Source: Octopus bimaculoides (Eukaryota). From it: a DNA stretch of 64,000 nt. Each line of letters begins with the position of its first letter. Position 1 is the stretch's first letter. Positions 47,780 through 64,000 of the stretch are shown here, in pieces. The notes under the pieces were generated by a model, which worked only from the letters and a program-made list of their open reading frames with translations, made no database searches and was not told the DNA's origin. The stretch lies in the NCBI RefSeq assembly GCF_001194135.2, contig NC_068982.1, forward strand, positions 52,006,283 through 52,070,282, read 5' to 3'. The position numbers and the translations under genes were made by a program.

Positions 47780-48700
47780 GTTCATTCTGTTGTCCGTAAA
47801 AAAAATTTTTTAAAGTCCGTTTTTTGTGCTTTGTTTATGTTCCCGTTCCTTTTTTGACGTCCTGTACCCGGATATGCATCTATATATACATGTAGATGTA
47901 GGTATGTACATATATGTATGTATACATGCATATGCTCATATATCATTTGTATTATATATATATGAAATTAAATGAAAGCTCAAATGATTAACAGCTAGTG
48001 GCATTAATCATTTGGATCTTCCTGTCATCATAAATACTTCTAGACATATTTAGTGGTTTGAATAGTTGCAGAACCGGCTTCTATAAATTCTGTTGTATTT
48101 CAACTGTTATAAAAACATAATTATACCATATTTGGCAGAAATATATTAAAACCACTTAGACAACTATGGAACTTAACATCACTCTAAAGAGAATAAATAT
48201 TCTTAATTCAAAGAATTTTCTGAACATATTTAATTAATTATATTTTACAATTTAAATATTTCATTTTTGTATCCATTTGTAATCTGAATCACATGTATTT
48301 ATTCTTGATAAAGAATATCATTCTCATATAACATTTAAAGAAAATTATCTTTAAATACTGAATCATTATGACTTATTGAATTTTGTTTTCTTGGTTTCTT
48401 TCAACCTGTATATTTCGACATATTTTGTCAAATCAGTTGGATACTTACTATCAACTGATAATATTCTCATTAGGACACCTATATTTGGGTATTAGCCTAA
48501 TCTCGTTGTCAGACATCTCACCAAGTTTGTAGCATAATCAGCTTTATGGCTGTCCATTGCTCATATATTGGTCATGTCTGGTCTGCAGCAAAATCCCCAT
48601 TTTCTTTGAAACTGAAAAAGTTGTAATGCCTGTTGCTTTACCATACATTTTGTCCAATAATAAGATAAACAAGCAACAGAGATATAATTCGCCAGGCAAT
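47780..48700 (-). mobile_element. Possible decayed Penelope-like RT fragment
   Basis: minus-strand remnants AMDSHKADYATNLV and IYDDRK loosely resemble Penelope RT motifs; many stops. Confidence 0.35.
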
Positions 48701-48739
48701 GGCTCTCTACCTGGTCAATTTAGGAATTATAACAACATA

Positions 48740-48822
48740 TATATATAATATTATAATTATAATATATAATATTGTAGCATTTAATAATATTGTAATAACA
48801 ATATTGCAATGTATAACAATGT

Positions 48823-48859
<37 letters not shown>

Positions 48860-49240
48860 AATATTGCAATTACAATATATAATATTGTAGCATTTAATAA
48901 TATTGTAACATAACAATATTGTAATGAATAACAATATTGTAATGTATAACAATATTGCAAGTAACTAATAACAATTGTTGTAATGTATAACAATATTGCA
49001 ACATATAGCAATATTGTAGCATATAACAATATTATAACATATAGCAATAATGCTATGTACAACAATACTGTAACTAATAACAATATTGTAATGTATAATA
49101 TTCTAACATAACAATATTGTACCATATAGCAACATTGTAGTAGATAACAATATTGTAACATATAGCAATAATGTAACATATAGCAATATTGTAACGTATA
49201 ACAATATACTAACATATAACAATATTATAATTTATAACAA
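48740..49240. repeat. Degenerate ~18-bp minisatellite (consensus about TAACAATATTGTAATGTA)
   Basis: repeated AACAATATTG; yields the periodic ORF LLYCYTLQYCY on the minus strand. Confidence 0.85.
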
Positions 49241-49830
49241 GATTTATCACAAAAGGGTTCGAGTATTTGTTCTCAGAAGCCTGAAATATTGGACTTTTGT
49301 TTTGATTGTCTTTCAAAAATATTTTACTTGTCAGTGAACACGACACACAATGGTATAAAACTTGCCAGCAGTATCAAGTGCAATTTCTGAATGAATAAAT
49401 TGTACTTAGCAAATAAATATTTGAAGTAAATGTCTTTTTGCACACATTTTCATTTTTAAAAAAAAGTGTGTTATACAGCAGCATATATATTTTAAAGGGT
49501 CTTTTCTGACTTTCCCTTATCTTGGGAGTAAGTAAAACAATACTGATATTACAATTACAAATAAGCTTCAATTTTCAACAATATTGGAAGATCTCATATA
49601 GCTAACAGTGCACCACACAAACTTTCCAGTTGAAATAAAGTAATGATTTGCAAAAATTTAGCAGCTACTTACAGCCAGGCAATATTGATAAATTATTGAA
49701 TTTTAGCTGATAAGTTTCAAATCATATATCATAATTCTTATGGTGAATTTTAGTAAGAAAATAGTGACTAATTTGTTCTCATTCATTTTCTGTTAAATAT
49801 GATGTGTATATATGTGTGTGTGTGTGTATG

Positions 49831-49873
<43 letters not shown>

Positions 49874-49937
49874 CAGAGAGGGGAGATGGCACATACACAC
49901 ATATTTGTATAGGTGTGTGCATATATATATATATATA

Positions 49938-50160
49938 NNNNNNNNNNNNNNNNNNNNNNNNNNNNNNNNNNNNNNNNNNNNNNNNNNNNNNNNNNNNNNN
50001 NNNNNNNNNNNNNNNNNNNNNNNNNNNNNNNNNNNNNNNNNNNNNNNNNNNNNNNNNNNNNNNNNNNNNNNNNNNNNNNNNNNNNNNNNNNNNNNNNNNN
50101 NNNNNNNNNNNNNNNNNNNNNNNNNNNNNNNNNNNNNNNNNNNNNNNNNNNNNNNNNNNN
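49938..50160. other. Assembly gap hiding the RINT1 stop codon
   Basis: N run next to the open RINT1 frame. Confidence 0.99.
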
Positions 50161-61281
<11,121 letters not shown>

Positions 61282-64000
61282 CTATTAATGGGAAGAAGAT
61301 TATAACGAATTACTTTAATTGCTTATTCCAGGTTTGCAAATAAAATCAATAAAAATACCTAAGTTAATAAAATCAATAAAAATATATTCTTTTATTCTTT
61401 TACTTGTTTCAGTCATTTGACTGTGACCATGCTGGAGCACCACCTTAAAGGGTTTTAGTTGAAGAAATCAAACCCAGGACTTATTCTTTGTAAGCTTTGT
61501 ACTTATTCTATCTGTCTCTTTTGCCACATCGCTAAGTTACAGGGACATAAGCACACCAACATCAGTTGCCAAGTGATGGTGGGGGCACAAACACAGACAC
61601 ACATAAATATATATGACAAGCTTCTTTCAGTTTCCCTCTACCAAATCCACTCACAAAGTTTTAGTTGGCCTGAAGCTATTGTAGAAGACACTTGCCCAAG
61701 GTTCCACATAGTGGGACTGAACCTGGAGCCATGTGGCTGGGAATCAAGCTTCTTATCACACAGCCACGCCTATAAATTAATACTGTAGTAAATATACAAT
61801 CATCATCCTCATCATCACTTAGCATCTGTTTTCCATGCTGGCATGAGTTAGACAGTTTGACTGGAGCTGGTATGCTGGAGAGCTGCACTAGGCTCCAATC
61901 TGTTTTGGCTTGGTTACTATGGCTTGATGCCCTTCCTAATGCCAACCACTCCACAGAGGGTACTGGGTGCCTTTTACGTGTCACTGGCATTGGCCATGAC
62001 TACAATTTCATTTAGCTTGATGTGTCTTCTCAAGCACAGCAAATTGCCAAAAGATTTGAAGAGAAATATGAATTTGACATTAGTGGTGGAAATTGGTGAA
62101 CAACATCAATAAATATTATCTTTTACCTTTTACTTATTCCAGTTTTCAGAATATGACCATGCTGAGGCATCATCTTCAAGGATTTAGTTGAATAAATCAA
62201 CCCCAGCACATATTTTAAACCTAGTACTTATCCTATTGCCTTCTTTTTGCTGAACTGCTAAGTTACAGGGATGTAAACAAACCAATACCAGTTGTCAAGC
62301 AGTGGCAGGGGACACACACACACATATATATGTGCTAAGCTTCTTTTAGTTTCCATCTTTCAAATCCACTCACAAGGCTTTGATTGGGACACCACATTGA
62401 AGAGTTTTTAGTTGAACAAATTGACCCCAATATTTTTTTTTTAAGCTTGATCTATCAGTGTCTTTTGCTGAACTGCTAAGTTACAGGGACAGAAACAAAC
62501 CAACACTGGTTATCAAGCAAGAGTGGGGGACAAACAGACACACTCATACATATGACAGGCTTGTTTTAGTTTCTGTCAACCAAATCCATTCACAAGGCTT
62601 TGGTAGGCTCAATGCTATAGTAGAAAATACTTGCCCAAGGAGTCTTGCATGGAACTAAACCTGGAATCATGTGGTTGGGAAGCAAGCTTCTTACCACACA
62701 GTTATGCCTGTGCCTATATGATGAATGTGTTTCTTTGCTAAAAGCAAATTATTAATATCTCTAGGTAGACTAATAATGTAGTCAAATTCCAGGACTAACT
62801 TGGAATTTGACCACATTGGTCACAGGCATTTCAACTATGCTCACCCCTTTCCTAGGAACAGTACACCTAGAATCATATTATCCATTATTTCCTTTTCTGA
62901 AGTAGTAAGGTGTGATGTAGCTGCTATTTCTAACAAGTCAAACAACACAACCCTCTTTAGCTTGTCAGTTTTCTAATACAATGACAATGTCTTATCTTTT
63001 ATCTTTTACTTGTTTCAATCAATAGCCTGCAGTCATGCTGGGGCACTGCCTTGAAGGGTCACAGACAAATGAATTGCTTAGTACTTATTCTATCAGTCTC
63101 TTAAACTGAACTGCTAAGTTACAAGGATGTAATCAAAGCCTAGTACTTATTCTATCAGTCTCTTAGCAAAACTGCTAGGTTACAGGGATGTAATCAAACC
63201 AACACTTGTCAAGCAGTAGTGGGTGACAGACACTAACAGAGACACACATACATATATATGACAGGCTTCTTTCAGTTTCCATCTACCAAATTCACTCACA
63301 AAGCTTTGGTCAAACCAGGGCCATAGTAGAAGACACTTGCTCAAGATGCTTGTTATTCAGTAGGACTGAACCCAGAACCATGTGGCTGGGAAGTAAACTT
63401 CTTACCACACAGCTACAACTGTACCTATCTCATCAAATCCTCACTATTTCTGGTTGTTGTTGTTTACCGCCCAGGTCAGACTTGAGATTGAGTTGACATC
63501 TAATCAAAGACATTCTCATCTCTGTTTTCAAACATAAGACATCTTGGACTACATTATGCAATGTGCCCTTCTTTTTTAAGACAAATGGGTATAATTTGAG
63601 GAAAGCTGATTGCTGATATTAACAGAATGAATAACACAGAGAGGATCCTTTGTAGACTCAAAATTTCAAGTAAAATGATAATTATAAAATTATCATTGTT
63701 GCTGTGCTCCACAGCAGAAGTGCTAAGACTGCATGCCCTAGTGAAGTGGACTGGCCTACAAGAGTCCTGTGCCAGTGCTATGTAAAAGTGCATTTGCTGG
63801 TGCCACATTAAAAGCACTCAACACACACAGTAAAATGGTTGGTATTAGGAAGGGCATCTAGTCATAGAAACCAGGCTAAATCAGACTGGAACCTGGTGCA
63901 GCTCCCCAGCTTGCCAGCTCTGGTCAAACCATCCAACCCATGCCAGCACAGAAAACGTATGTTAAAGGATGACGATGATGTAGCTGTTGTTTAGCCTTAG

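Overview
AT-rich, repeat-dense eukaryotic genomic DNA. The repeat landscape (tRNA-derived SINEs, RTE LINE tails ending in (GAT)n, (TA)n/(CA)n tracts) is what I associate with octopus or another coleoid cephalopod; that assignment is inference. Two intron-containing housekeeping genes lie on the minus strand, and I reconstructed both exon by exon with GT-AG junctions and continuous phase. (1) A complete ZCCHC4 orthologue (28S rRNA N6-adenosine methyltransferase): 11 coding exons, 25463->4056, 1449 nt, 482 aa. (2) The 3' part of RINT1 (RAD50-interacting protein 1 / TIP20 family): 7 exons, 61281->50161, with the 5' exons outside the window and the stop codon inside an N gap. The ~24 kb between them has no gene I can support. 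It holds decayed Tc1/mariner transposons, RTE and Penelope-like fragments, MITEs, microsatellites and several short-spacer foldback palindromes. A degenerate Gypsy LTR element lies in the last RINT1 intron. There are four assembly gaps. I see no evidence for a new multi-gene system. The best leads are a degenerate minimal hammerhead ribozyme in a Penelope-like terminus, near-perfect hairpins that could be dsRNA/ADAR substrates, a very young RTE family, and apparent decay of the C-terminal CCHC knuckle of ZCCHC4. Repeat boundaries are approximate (tens of bp); exon boundaries were read base by base.
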